Below are positions 49,939 to 64,000 of a DNA stretch of 64,000 nucleotides, piece after piece; position 1 is the stretch's first letter, and every line of letters begins with the position of its first letter. The notes under the pieces were generated by a model that was not told the DNA's origin, ran no database searches, and saw only the letters and a program-made list of their open reading frames with translations. The position numbers and the translations under genes were made by a program. Origin of the DNA: Halocafeteria seosinensis (Eukaryota); the NCBI GenBank assembly GCA_001687465.1, contig LVLI01000295.1:1-64000 (forward strand), in the 5' to 3' direction.

Positions 49939-52900
49939 TCAGATTGGTAGTTCCGATGGCAGCTCGTGAGCTAGCATTGCCTTGCACGCCAATAGCTGGC
50001 GAGTAATTCGTTCTAACGTACTGCAAGGAGGGGTCGAACTCCGAAACTGCCTGTCCGGGATCAGTTGCCCGTAATTCTTTTCCCCCCTTCCATTGCTGTT
50101 ACGGTCACCAAAATTGCTATCCAATTTGAATGGAGAAGGTGACGTTTGCTCGCGAACGAGTGTGCTATCACCAGTGGTTTGATTTTCACTTGTGTCAACA
50201 GGGCCCGCAGACGCAGGTCGCCGCTCCTCCATTTCCGTATCACTCTGCGACGTAGTGTCCCCAAGAATTGCCGGCCTGGGACTAATGTTAATTGATGGGA
50301 TTTCACTACTAGCCTCACTATCCGAGCTTCGCCGTCTTCGGCGGATGGTTCTAGCTCGAACAGACCGCATCAGAGCAGAGCGTGCTCCCGTCAATCGAGC
50401 GGAGCTACCACTAGCCCCCTCCTCTTCACTCTCGCGAGCACCTCTGCTGAATCCGGAAACAAGCGAACGCATCAGAATGTTAGAGAGACGGCCTCTTCTA
50501 TCCTCTGCACTTCGAGTGTTCTCAGGCTGAAGTGAAGGAAAGACTATTTCCTCCTCTGTGGAATCCGTCGTGTCGCCGGAGGTCCTCCTGGTCACTTGCT
50601 CGGAACCACTTTCTTGGGCAATACCTGTCTGCTGAGATTGTTCTCTTGTACTGCCACCGCTACGTTCGTGTTCTTCAGCGGTCAACGCCTGCGATGTTTC
50701 ACTGGATCCAAACAACCTTTGAAGTAATGCGAACTGCGATAGTGACTGAAACATTTGGGAAAACGAATCCCGCTGCTCCGCGTGCGAACCCGGATGACTG
50801 CGACGTCTCCGAGAGGCCGATTGTTCTCCGGTGCGAGAGCCGCCACTATTACCATTCTGATTTTGCTCGGTTGGTTCTTCCTCCCCCCTTTGGCGAGTCG
50901 GTTTCGACATATTACTGGACTGCCTACTCTTTTCTTGCTGTTCGATACTAGCAATTCTCTGCTTCCCTCTGAGCAGCAGTCCATAGTCAAGTAGTGCGTT
51001 GTTTACCTCGTCCGCGACAACATCGCGAGCTCTATTTGACAAAAGAAATTCTGTGGTAGACGTATCAGTGATACCACTATCACCAGAGTTTAACATCAGG
51101 GCTATCGCCCGCAGCGCCTTCATTAGCGAAGGACTAGCCCTCTTCATAGAGCCTCCACGCAGCGTTTCTGCCTCATTAAGGAGCGGCAGTGCCTCATTCA
51201 CAAACACGTCCCAGGCATGTGCCTTCTTTTTTTCTCGGTATAGCTCCACACACCAATGTGAGAGTAACCTACAAGTCACCCGAAGCCGATAGCGGTTACA
51301 GTGAAGCAGAAAAGGCGCATAGCTTTCAATCAAAGTCATTACTTCTGCAATCTCGCCCTTCATTATTAGTGCCCTACATTCATACCTCAGGGGTAGGGTG
51401 GTCTGTTTTACAGTGATTACGTCGGCATAGGAAAGGAGCCTGTCCGACCAGTAGATCTTCCGTCTCTCGACTTTCTCGCTGTCAGTTTGCCCAATGGCAC
51501 CTGCCCCCGTACTCACTTGTCTCATTTCTCGCAAAACGGATGTACGCACAGCGGCTTCTTCCCCCGAGTCACTGCTACTACTTTCGCTCGATTCATGATC
51601 CGCCTCAGTTTGACACTGCTGCTGGTCTACACCCGTTCCGCGTTGAGTTCCACTCTGAGAGAAGGTAGAACGCACATACGCGGTAAACGAGCCAGCGTCT
51701 AACGCAGAATCAGAGTCCTCCTCTTCACAGCTATCGTACCCAGGATCTGCGATGAGGTCAAGGAGTATTGCAATGAATGGTCACCTACCATCTACGCCCA
51801 TCTAATACTACTAAACACCTACCTAACGTGAACCCTCGTAGCGTTACCCTATGCTTCGGAGCACCCATTGCCAATGGAATATGGGCTTCCCCCATTTGAG
51901 ACCATTGCCGCTTAAAGTGGGTAAAGACTTCATTGTTTTCCGATATTACGCCGCCGGTTGCTTCGGCAACGTTGGTAGCGGAGGCAGTCAACATTGGCGA
52001 CGCTGGAATGAAAGGGATGGATCCCCGGGAAATTGATCTAGGTCTTCCTTCACGATTCTGTATGCTTTCAAAAACCCGGTGGAAAGCAGAGGAAAACGGC
52101 GAATTACTACTTGCTTGACTAGCCACACTGGAGGAGTGTCGGCTGCTGGGACTTGTAGTGGGTAAATTAAGTGACCACGCCCGCGCACGCGTTTGAGGGG
52201 TTGCTTGACTTCTCATAGTCCTTTGGGACCGTAGCCGTTGCACGGGGCCGGCATCGGCATCCTCCAGGCCTTCGCTAGATGAAGACGATTCGTATTCTTC
52301 CGGCGGCTGATTATCATGCCCATTCGCGGAAGCTTTACTCAAGCGAGACAGCAGCGCGTCTCTTTGTTCGGCAATCCGTTCGGCGGCTTGAGAGGCCTGT
52401 GCAGACTGCTCTGCATATTGGCGAGCCGTTGTTGCAGGGCTTGCCATTGGACCGAACAATGGGGTCCTGTAGTTTGTCGTCAATGTCGTTCGTGACTGGG
52501 CGCGTTCGAGATCAGCTAACGCAGAAGTAGGAGTTTTGCTGTTGGTTTCTCCTCTGCTGAAGGATGTGTCGATACTTTCTACTCCCGGTGGACTGCCGAA
52601 ACGTTCCCGGATCCCTGATCTATCATTGTTTGCCGTTGTTCCCAGGCTTGCCTGCGCTTCATTGCTATTTGATGATTGCTTTCCCGAACTGCAGAACGGA
52701 TTTCCACTACCGCGTTTGCGCATTCCAAGGAACCCGGATCCGTCGGCCTGCAGGCATTTACATCCGCACACATTGTACATGAGATAAACATGTAAGCATT
52801 ATTGAAGGCAACGTACCTCGAGGCCCTGGCCCGCTGAAGAGTCCGTATTTTGCACTAAACCAGTGCTAGATCCAGAATTATTGAAATCTTGTGGAGGCAT

Positions 52901-54159
52901 TGGTGGCGGTCTTGCAGAAGCGGAATTCGCCTTCGACGGAAATGACTTGAGGAGCGACGACGACCCCGTTCCGGGGTCCAGCCGGGATAATGCATCAGCA
53001 GACCACCAATCTGATACATGGTCATGAGTTTCTTCGCTTTCCGAATGTCCTTTACGGACTTTACCGTGTCCACCGCTTGCTGCGTCATATTTCACCGGTG
53101 TGTTGTATGAGCCCATACTCGTGTCACCGCTAGGCTTTCGTTTATGATCAGCCGTGTCGCAGCCAGTCTTGTTCCCGCGGAGGCTCTCTTGAAGCCAAAA
53201 CAGAGCATGGGCATAACCATTATGTAGCAAATAATCCTGCACGATTGACGCTACTACAGATGGCTTAACAGAAATTTTCCGTTGTTCTTCTTCAATGGCT
53301 TTCGCCCGGTCCTGCACGCGTCAGAAAAAAACGGTCTTGAATAAGAAAATCCTGCTGATTGTTGCCGAAGGTTCTTACCTTGTAGAGATCGCCCAAAGAG
53401 AACTGAAACGGGCCAGTCAGATTCACCTCAACAGATTCACCAGGGCTGTGCATGCCTACAGCAGGAAATAAGTTACCGGACACATTTCTAAACGCAACAC
53501 CTAAATGTTCTCCATTCTTTGTGAAGAAGACCTCCCTAGAGTGAGAAATGTAGCCACACCCGATAACGTCTCCCTCTCCAAACGTCTCGCTGTAAGCCTC
53601 ACCGTTACAGGACGACGTGTTGCTCCTCCTATTACCCGCTCCCCATAGATCTTCATCCGAGTCTTCATCTTCTCCGTCGTTGTTACCGATTTCGTCGGGG
53701 TCCCAATCTGCTTCGGTCGATCGTTGTAGTCGGAACCGACGCCTACTTCGATCTGAAGTAGGCTCTGCCCCGCGAAAGCGATTTCCAGTGTCGCTGCGGT
53801 AACCGAACGTGCCCTTCGACAAGCCTGGCTGGATAAACATTGGAGACGATTCCCTCACCAATCCTACAGTAATGGAGCTGTGATGCGGAGAACCTAGGTC
53901 GCTCAAAAAGAGAATCGTAGACTTCAACGATTACGTACCAGTTCTGTCCGGCGTCATCAATTTTGACCTCAAAATAGTCAATCCCTAAAGGAACCTTTCG
54001 TACATCGTCTGAAAAACTCTGGTTAGTTGTCGGCCAGCTGTAGGCAGCTCGCACAACCCCTACGTCTAGCTTATGCGCTGCAGCTCCAGCGTACTGTGCA
54101 TGCCGCCTATCCGGAGCCACAGCTACGGAATGAGATAAGTTACTCGTAGAGAGATACAT
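49939..54159 (-). CDS. RanBP9/10-like (GID/CTLH complex) protein with SPRY, LisH, CTLH and CRA regions
   Basis: YFEVKIDDAG, FGEGDVIGCG..VFFTKNG.HLG.AF..LFPAVGMHS (SPRY), IVQDYLLHNGY (LisH), RALIMKGEI (CTLH) and RDVVADEVNNALL (CRA). The start is uncertain. Confidence 0.85.
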
Positions 54160-55861
54160 TTCCCAAAACGGACCCGTCACAGTGCTTTTTGCGCGGAATG
54201 GAGCAGCTACACTCTCAACGAACACGAGGCAAGTTGAGGTGCGTCAGGTTGTAGTTCAATGCTCGGCTGTCGAGGAGAGTACTTGGTATCCGAGACACTG
54301 TAACGCAGAACCAAGGGAAGCAACAAAACAATAAAGATGGACACAGTACAAAAAGCTTTCAGATGTCACGTCATACAGCACAATGGCAGCAAACTCTATC
54401 GTAGCAGCCTCTGATTTCCGGTAGCGCTTCCCCTGAAATTGCTTTTTGTCAACCCAAACAAATTCTACCGAGGGAATTTTTTCCCCGATGGTTCCAGCTA
54501 CTCCGCGAAACGAATCCAGGACAATGCTACACACAATACAAGCTGTGTAGAGTCCTTGGACTGAAGCTGCCATAGACATGGGAAAAGACAGCCCCGGGAA
54601 CATCCTGGAGAGGGAACAAGAAAAACGTACTTCAACCAGCTCCCTACTGGCTTGTTTCTGGACGTCTCGCGTGTTTTCGACGGTTAAATAAGGCACAATC
54701 TATCTTACAAAAACAAAGCACTAACTGTTGCAGTTATGATAAACAATGCAAATGGTTCGTAAACTAGAAACTGATTGGCATAGAACCGCCGAAATAGATG
54801 GATACTTGAACTTTGTGCGTGCCGACAAACTTTTTTTGTCGCAACCAACCAAAAAATGAAAAAACTGTGTCTAAGGTTTTGTCCAGTTGCCATTTCCGGA
54901 TAAGCAATTAAACTCCAGCAAAGCATGCTTCCCTTTCCGCCACATCTACCTGGGCAATGCCTTCGTTGGCCAGATTCGCAAGGGTACCCGTAGTCACCAA
55001 CATTGGTGATCGACTCACTAGGCCAACGCACGAAGAAGTGTGGTAGATTGCTGCGCTCCAGAGGAACACTATACCATCGATGTCTCAATTGGTTGCACGC
55101 TAAGAACAGCATAGTATTCCCAACACTCACGAATCAGCTAGTCTTAGTCTCATGCCCTTCCACCTCCTTTCGACGACTTGATAACGACGACGTGGAGCTG
55201 AGGCTCCGATTCAATACCTGGGACCAAAAGACCGGGGTCAGTGCCAGATGCCCTACCTTATGAGTTCTGCTCTATTTTTTAGGGAGGGATGATTCAGTAG
55301 GTATGTATGGTTGGAGGGGCTTCCTACAGCCTTCCTCGGCATTGCCCTCGGTGTCGCAAAGCCCCCAGGAATCCATTTACACACTGCATACGAAGAGAAG
55401 GGGGAGATACCGATCCACAACTGGGACTGCACTACAATAGCGATTCGGTTAGGGTGGGTTTCAACTATTAAATAAACATGTAGAGAATCCTATGGTGCTG
55501 TTGTGTCACGGTAACGAAAGAACGTGAGAGAGCAACGTGAAGTCCTCTATTTTTTCTCAACTTAGCATTAATCACTACTTTCCTAGTACCAACTGGCAAG
55601 CATAATACCGACTGTACACAAAATAAATGGCCCGTGGCATGAAACCTGGTGTGTCTGTTCGTCCAACTCGCTAAGCCGAAGGAAAGATTGCTTGATATCC
55701 TTCTTTCCTTCCTCTTCCATTTACCTGTATTTTTATAGTTGTGTCGTCCGTATCAGCCCCTAACAAGGAGTTTAAGAGGTTGTTACGTAATCAAGGCCTG
55801 CGTAAGAACATTTACTGAGGCTGTGGGAATAGTTTGTGTCAGGGGAAACGAGGAAAGGAAA

Positions 55862-57126
55862 ATGGAACAAAGTCCCCTGGGTCTAGGAGGGGGAGATCTT
55901 CCCATGGATGGACAGCAGGAGTTTAATTATCCACGCGGGACTGATCCTTCTCTCTATAATAACACTGGCGGAGGCCGTGGAGGAGGCCGTGGCGGCCGTG
56001 CTCCACGAGGAGGAGCTGTGGGAGCTGGGTAAGTTTGCCCACCATTTTTTGTAATTTTTTCTTCCCCCCAAAGTGTGGGGATAGAAGAGTCTTCGTTGAT
56101 ACGGCACCCCAGCTGCTCCGTAACAGAGGAGATTGGGAGAATTCGAATCATTTTTAGTTGGTGAATCAGGGCACGTGCTGTATATGTATTGTTCCTTGCA
56201 GGAGAGCTACTGAGACAGCCCCGTACATGGGACAAAATCGCCGTGTTTACGTCTCGAATCTGCCATTCTCCGTTTCTTGGCAGGACCTGAAGGATCATAT
56301 GCGGCGTGCTGGTAGTGTTGCGCATGCGAAGATATTGACTGACAAAGAAGGCAGAAGTAAAGGATGCGGCATAGTCGAATATGAAAGTCCACAAGACGCA
56401 GAAAACGCAATAGCTCTACTCCACGATTCCTTTTTGAAGGGGAGACCTATGGTTGTTCGAGAAGATCGGGATGCCTACGAAGCTGACACCATGGGAGAAG
56501 TGCCACCTGCTGCAGAAAATGGAGGTGCGGCTGGCTTGGCTGGGAATCCTCGAGTCTATGTATCCAACCTCAGTTACAGTGTAAAGTGGCAGGATCTGAA
56601 AGATCACATGAGGGCAGCGGGAGATGTTAAGCATGCAAAGATACTTGAGGGCCCAGATGGAAGAAGCAAAGGTTGTGGCATTGTCGAATACAGCAGTCCC
56701 TTAGATGCGGCAAACGCGATGCGCTCACTTAACGATAGCGTACTCCAGGGAAGGCCCATCTTGGTGCGTGAAGATAGAGAAGCCCGTGAGGCCCAGAATG
56801 CCGCGCCACACTCAATTCCTGAGCCAACGAGGCTGTACGTTGGAAACATACCCTTTTCATATGCGTGGCAGAATCTAAAAGACACATTCAAAACCGTCGG
56901 TCCTGTTGCGTATGCTAATGTTACTCTCGATCAAGACGGTAGAAGCAAAGGTTGGGGTTTGGTCGAGTTTGAGGATCCGGAAGATGCCAAGGCTGCCATC
57001 GCAGAAATGAACGGCAACGTTGTCGATGGCCGTCCCATCGAGGTACGCTATGATGTAGCTGGAGGCAGTGCTCAAGGCCGCCCAGGTCGTCGGGGACGAG
57101 GGCGCGGCCGAGGTGGCCGGTCTTAA
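55862..57126 (+). CDS. Three-RRM RNA-binding protein, GBP2/HRB1/hnRNP M-like, 1 intron
   Basis: Three RRMs of the form RVYVSNL...WQDLKDH...GRSKGCGIVEY, with RGG segments at both ends. Confidence 0.92.
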
Positions 57127-57529
57127 TCATGTCTCACCCAATTCAGAAATCCAAAATATTACACAAAGTCAACGTTATGGTGCCATGTAGTAGCAAGGCT
57201 AACAAGTTGTCACTTCAGAAGACCAGAATCAACAAAATTGAATTTATGATAGTATTGTATGGACGGATGGTCCTATAGGTACGATACAGTGCTCTTATTA
57301 ATGATTCTTCCGAGCGTGAAACCAATGCTAAAATCCAACAATTTCTTATGATTTGGGTGTATTTTCGATATTCAAATGATTATTTTACTTACTAGCCGGG
57401 GACTCGTCATTATGTCACGCATTGCATGCAGTCCAATTAGAACTCTCAAGGAGGTGCTCCACCGTTTCAGCAGTCACTGCGCTTTCACTTTTTCCACCGA
57501 AAACCATTACCATTATAGTTGACAGGAGT

Positions 57530-58784
57530 TCAATAACTACTCTTATCAAGGGAGTCGAAGAAGGGGTGCTCCAAGGCATCCTTTGCTGAGATTCTCTTCA
57601 CGGGGTCGTAAGCAAGCATCTTCTGCGGAATTCACCGACACACAAGTATGAAGTTCAGCAAAACCTTCTCACTCATGGACGAGTTCCTTACCTCAAGAAG
57701 ATCACGGCCGGTTTCGTCCAATGCGGGGCAAACCTTTTCCGTGGGCTTCTTCGGCCACTGTGGGAAAAATGATCTGTAGTCCGGCAGTTCGGTCACTCCA
57801 GGCCATTCATTCTCCGTGGGTGTACCTAGGGTCCTGAATATGCGATATAATTCATCGATTTCTGAATCCCCAGGCCACAATGGTCGGCCATTCAGCATCT
57901 CTACAAATATAGCTCCCATCGACCAAATATCGACCTTGGGGCTGTAGGCTCGTTGGCCGAGCAACACTTCAGGTGGACGATACCACAGAGTGATGATCTC
58001 GTGAGTATAAGCTCTAACTGGGATCATGTATGCTCGGGCAAGACCAAAATCGGCAATCTTTAGATTACCTTCCTGATCAACCAATAAGTTCTGCGGCTTT
58101 AAGTCGCGGTGCATAACTCCGCGTCGATGGCAAGCATCCAATCCTAGCAAGGTTTGGTATAGGTAGCTCTGTTGTGGCAAACAAGCAAAGAGCAATCAGT
58201 CAAATTCTCCAACATGCTATGCCCGCTTAATGAGTTAAGTCAAAGAATTCCAACGTACTTTAACCAGATCCATGGAGAGCGGATCCTTACTGTGCCGGAT
58301 ATATTTTCCTAAGTCCTTATCCATCCACTGGAAGACTAAATATAGTTGATTCCCAGAATGAATAACCTCATCCAAACTGCATAGACGAATGTTCCGGCAT
58401 ATTTACTACTTGATCGCACGTCGTGAATGCAATCTCAATGAGCATGAAGCAAAATACCACCGCGCGCGCGCGCAAGTGATAAACGTCACTTGAAGCCAGT
58501 CCAAAGAACGACAAAAACGATATCCTGGGGGACCCATAGGGGAGGGAGGATTTTCTTCACGAGGCGCGCTTTTCTTACCTGACAATGTTCGGATGATCAA
58601 TATCGCGGAGCAATGAGATCTCGCGCAGCTCTGTAGAGAGTACGCCCTCATCGCTCATATCTACTTTAATTTTCTTGAGCGCCTTAAACTTCCCTGTTTG
58701 TAAATCCCTGGCTTTGTAGACGACACCAAAAGTGCCCTCGCCGCAAGGTTTTTCCAGTTTTTCGTACCGGTTAAGAGTCGTCAT
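57530..58784 (-). CDS. CDK1/2-family kinase, variant with GEGTFG and LSTELRE, 3 introns
   Basis: [58 protein letters not shown] and GDSEIDEL. Confidence 0.95.
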
Positions 58785-59506
58785 TTTTCACTTATGTTAT
58801 GAGAAAAAGACAATACACTATGATCAAGGAAGAAATGTTTTATGTATTCAGCCTTTGGCATCGAAAGAATGCGTCGTGGTCAACTAGTTTCATCGACACT
58901 TGGCAGTGTGCGAACCTCAACGATCTGACAATCCATGCTCCTCTACAAACTGCGGCACTCTGGCCCCAGGAGAAGCGAGAAAAACGCGCGACAACGACAA
59001 TCAAAAGTTGACCAAAACCACTTTGCTGTCTTCTTTTCGCGTAATGTTGTATAGGGAGCACACACTTTGTATCGCTCATAACACACTGATCCAAGATCGC
59101 GTCCGCATCCGGCTTCACAGTGCTCTTAACGGCACCTTCCACGCGCCTCCTCACTTTATGAAGGCAGATACGCCTGCATCCCAGGAATGCTCTGACAATT
59201 CAAATGCACCAAAAATGCACATGCTTCACCTTCATTGACATCTCGCCGTGCTATACGTAATAACTTCCTCTATTTTGCCATAAGGTCGGGTATATCTGTG
59301 CTCCACGTCGGATCTTCACAGGGCAACAACGACCGATTCCAAGCAGGAACTAACTGACGACTCAGTGACGAGCAAGACGCAGCCACACTAAGAAATTTGG
59401 AAACATGAACATAGTGCTGCATTATGTCACGCCTCATACTTCTAATTAAATGACCATGGGGGGTATAGTGTATTCTGATTCCCCGCAAATGGATCGGCTC
59501 GAAACA

Positions 59507-60846
<1,340 letters not shown>

Positions 60847-61255
60847 TATTAATGCCTTTTATTCATATATATATATCAATCTATACTAATTCGAGGAAAT
60901 GTTACAAATGATTAAGGTATGATACTATGCAAGACAACAGCGAAACGGGATCTGGACTTTCACCGCGCGCCCAAACAGTGGAAGTTGAAGTTTTAGTTCA
61001 ACAAAGTCAATCAGCGAGGAGTTACATTTTCCGAGGGTCCAATTTTTAGGGTTTCCAGAAGGAAGCCATTTTCCGATAACCACAGCCCCTCATATCACTG
61101 AAATTTCCGTTCCACGGCAAACAGCAGAGGTGGAACCATTCCACGACACTCCAGTGCCTCGTGCTAGGACTGAGGTGCAATTCCTGAACTCCTCTATCCC
61201 AGGACGCGTGGGTATCTGACAGAGCAATGCCAAGGGGAGTAGTTCGCTAGTGAAC

Positions 61256-62968
61256 CTACTTTCCCTGAAGATGGCCCCCACACACTCGAAGTGCCTTCCC
61301 GTTAATCCCCCCAGAACTTGGGAGACAAAGCATTGCAATAGCATTAGACACATCCTGAGCGTATCCCCCTTGAGAAAATGTGGTCAAGACCTGACCGAAC
61401 AACTTCGTCATCAGCGGAAGCTGTGAGGTCATCCCCGTGAGTATATACCCCGGTGCGACGGCATTAGCTGTGCATCCATCACAATGCTTGGGCAGCCATT
61501 CTCCCATGTGCCGAGCATACTCAATCAATCCACTCTTCGTGTAAGCATAGTTAGCTTGTCCAAATGCACCAGCGATACCGTTAATAGAAGACAGGTAGAT
61601 GATTCTCCCATGGTGCCTCATTAACATTAACTGGTTCTTGCCGGTCGGTGATATAGCCAGGAGAGCTTCATCCAAGCGCTTGATGGCTTTGAAGTTGGTA
61701 TCTACTACTTGCCTGAATTCATCGTACTCCATTTTCTTCAGTGTGCGGTCCTTCGTTATCCCTGCACAATGAATAAGTAAGTCAAATCCTAAATAGTGGT
61801 CTTGAACGTGAGCCGCGACCTCGTTTATCATCTGCTGCTCTCGTAGATCCCCGCACACAAACGAGCCACCTATTTTAGTTGCCAATTGCCTAAGTTGGGT
61901 ACGTTTGCTTTCCACATCAACTGCTACAACCTGAACTCCTAGAACCGAAAGTTCAATGCAAGTTGAGTAACCAATACCTTGGGCAGCTCCAGTTACGACT
62001 GCAACCCTCCCAGTTAGGGGAACAGGAGACCCTACTTGTTCGCTTTGTTTTAGAGGCTTCCCCGTGCGGAGATTTGTATCACTTTCCCTTCTTATTTCCT
62101 TCTGTGTATCTGTATAAGGAAGGGCTTCCAGGTCAAGTCGTTGTCCTGTTACATACGCTGATGATGGACCAAGGAGATAACATAGAGGTCCAATACAATT
62201 CGAGGGACGTTGCAAGGACCCTAAAGTATTCGAACTGTCGTTGATCATGCTGAGGTCACCATGCATAAGCGAGAGTCGGCTAAGACTAATCATGTTGGCG
62301 GTGACACCTTTCTTTCCAATCTCCTTAGCTTGACTACGTACGATGCCTTCGAGTGCAGCGTTCCCGATTCTGTTATCGGAATTTTCGGGGGATATGGTGG
62401 AATCATTCCTTCCGTACCCTATCCACAGGATTCTGCCATTGTTTTTAATTAGGGACACCGACTGTTTGGCGCCGCTGAATAGCACCCACTGGGTATATCT
62501 ATCCGTAGGATCGACTCTCGCATCAGGTCGTTGGGGATAGCAAACATCTACCAAGATACTGTCGTACATGGATGACCTGGAGTTCTCTTCCTTACTTTCT
62601 ATTCTGGCGTCTGTAAAGTCATCAATAAGGATAGGGGTTACATCGGCGCCTAGTGCCTTCAAAAAGTCAGTGAAACTGGGCGATGCTGATGTAGCCTTGG
62701 AGTGCAGGACAGCAATTCGACGGCCATGCAGCGGCCCCTTTTGTGTCGTGTGCAGTGCAGTCACTTGCCGAGACCGATGACCATCTGTGTCTGCCACATC
62801 TTTGGAAGTGGTTTGCGCAGCAGCTGTTTCCTTAGTGGGAGCATACATAACGTTGGACAAATAACTGTTTGTGGCTCGGGCAAAACTCTCTCGCTCCAGA
62901 ACTGGAGGTGGAGCAAGTCCGACGAGTCGAAATAGTCGAGCCCGAATTCCATGGCGAATCGCTTTCAT
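61256..62968 (-). CDS. High-molecular-weight FabG (FabG4-like) two-domain 3-oxoacyl reductase, intronless
   Basis: Degenerate N-terminal SDR-like domain (LEGIVRSQAKEIG, SAYVTGQ) followed by a full SDR: VTGAAQGIG, AGITKD, SSING..G..GQANYAYTK, NAVAPGYI.T.MT and LRVCG. Confidence 0.88.
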   Translation of the reverse strand: MKAIRHGIRARLFRLVGLAPPPVLERESFARATNSYLSNVMYAPTKETAAAQTTSKDVADTDGHRSRQVTALHTTQKGPLHGRRIAVLHSKATSASPSFTDFLKALGADVTPILIDDFTDARIESKEENSRSSMYDSILVDVCYPQRPDARVDPTDRYTQWVLFSGAKQSVSLIKNNGRILWIGYGRNDSTISPENSDNRIGNAALEGIVRSQAKEIGKKGVTANMISLSRLSLMHGDLSMINDSSNTLGSLQRPSNCIGPLCYLLGPSSAYVTGQRLDLEALPYTDTQKEIRRESDTNLRTGKPLKQSEQVGSPVPLTGRVAVVTGAAQGIGYSTCIELSVLGVQVVAVDVESKRTQLRQLATKIGGSFVCGDLREQQMINEVAAHVQDHYLGFDLLIHCAGITKDRTLKKMEYDEFRQVVDTNFKAIKRLDEALLAISPTGKNQLMLMRHHGRIIYLSSINGIAGAFGQANYAYTKSGLIEYARHMGEWLPKHCDGCTANAVAPGYILTGMTSQLPLMTKLFGQVLTTFSQGGYAQDVSNAIAMLCLPSSGGINGKALRVCGGHLQGK

Positions 62969-63320
62969 TGTGTCTTATCATTTAGCTTCCACAACTCTGC
63001 TCTTGGTACCCATTCCTATCAATATTGCTTACTCTCTCAATACCACGAACCCAACTTCTGAGTGAGTCCAACACTGTCAAGCTGCTCGAGCATGCCGCAA
63101 CTTCAACGACATAACGTCGATGTCTGATCATAAACGCACACAATACATACACACTGAGACAATCGACGATCCCTCAAAAGTTGTTGTGTCCATTGTATAT
63201 CTCTACTTTATGTCCATATAAACTAGTTGTCTGTTCTGGAAGAAAGCAAAGAGAATTGTATTTGTACCACTTCCCTGCGACGTACACTAATACATCCCTC
63301 GCGAGCATGTGCTTCTCGGC

Positions 63321-64000
63321 ATGGGAAACAAACAGTCTGTTGTAGAGAAGGGAGGCGACGGTGGAGCAGCACAGGATGAGGAAACAACGCCAAAACATCC
63401 TATTTTCTTCGTAGCACCGGTGTGCGATTTGGACCATCTACGCGATAAGAACGCCGTCGTAGTCCTTCGGCTCGAACCTGAAGGTAAGCCTCGAACTAAA
63501 GAAACGAGAGGGCTACCCTTGCTGCGATAGTCTTTTTCACTCATCGTTTCTCTCTTTTCTGGTGCCATGTTGGGATACAGCTCTCGTGCTCTATTCTCCC
63601 GAAACAAAGGTATGTACCTGTTACCATCCAAGCGAACCTCGGCGCAAACCATGTGCAACCTTATAATGCAGGAGCGGTTGACCGCGTTTCCCTACCATAG
63701 AGTACTTTGCTGGGGACACAGCCAACATTCGTTCCAATTTCGATACTATACGAAGGATGATGAGTTACGACTTGCCAGTGTGGGCACTCAGGAAGGGAGC
63801 CAGATCGAAGCTGCTCTCATGGAAAGGGTGCAAGGACTCATGACGAAAATGGAGTCTGTAGGAATCACAGATGATGAATTTTCTGAAGTGAAATCTGTAA
63901 TCAGGGAAGATCCGGACGAAGCGTTACGGTCCATTAAACAAGTATCCTTGTCTCGGTTGTTTGACGCTAGGCAAGCAGTCGAGGTTGTCCGTCTCATGGG
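63321..64000 (+). CDS. Hypothetical protein, 5' part (possible myristoylation, PH/PTB-like region), runs off the window
   Basis: MGNKQS start, spliceable exons, then open frame ERLTAFPYHRVLCWGHTANTFQF...FDARQAVEVV. Confidence 0.65.

Noticed and set aside
55398..55415. GGGGAGATACC resembling part of U1 snRNA
   Set aside because: It lacks the 5' ATACTTACCTG, the conserved loops and an Sm site, so it is a chance match.

Overview
This is a compact, intron-rich eukaryotic genome segment, not prokaryotic. It holds about 29 protein-coding genes with short (mostly 60-90 nt) GT-AG introns. A stramenopile origin is inferred from the [11 protein letters not shown] CDK and the GRKQHxxGWKH form of U1C. 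The first ~2.4 kb is a nested cluster of degenerate CRE-like non-LTR retrotransposon fragments with restriction-like endonuclease (RLE) motifs. It contains at least five related 3' ends, including very short antisense insertions whose removal restores the host reading frame. The rest is dense housekeeping genes: CCDC93, cyclophilin-like, CobW/ZNG1, U1C, glutamine amidotransferase, calcineurin-B-like, RPS26, RTF1, TUG/PUB-UBX, SLC38, TRMT11, RUS, sepiapterin reductase, CBS protein, MICU, ALKBH6, two alpha/beta hydrolases, lumazine synthase, LYR protein, MIP, RanBP9-like, GBP2-like, two CDKs and a FabG4-like SDR. Convergent genes often abut or overlap at their stop codons. Several larger intergenic gaps look like decayed transposons. 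The main points of interest are the retroelement nest, a tandem CDK paralog with a natural Y15F and an LSTELRE helix, a probably inactive membrane-anchored cyclophilin, a TUG-PUB hybrid p97 adaptor and a bacterial-type FabG4. All calls come from manual motif recognition with no database searches, and exon boundaries and start codons are inferred.
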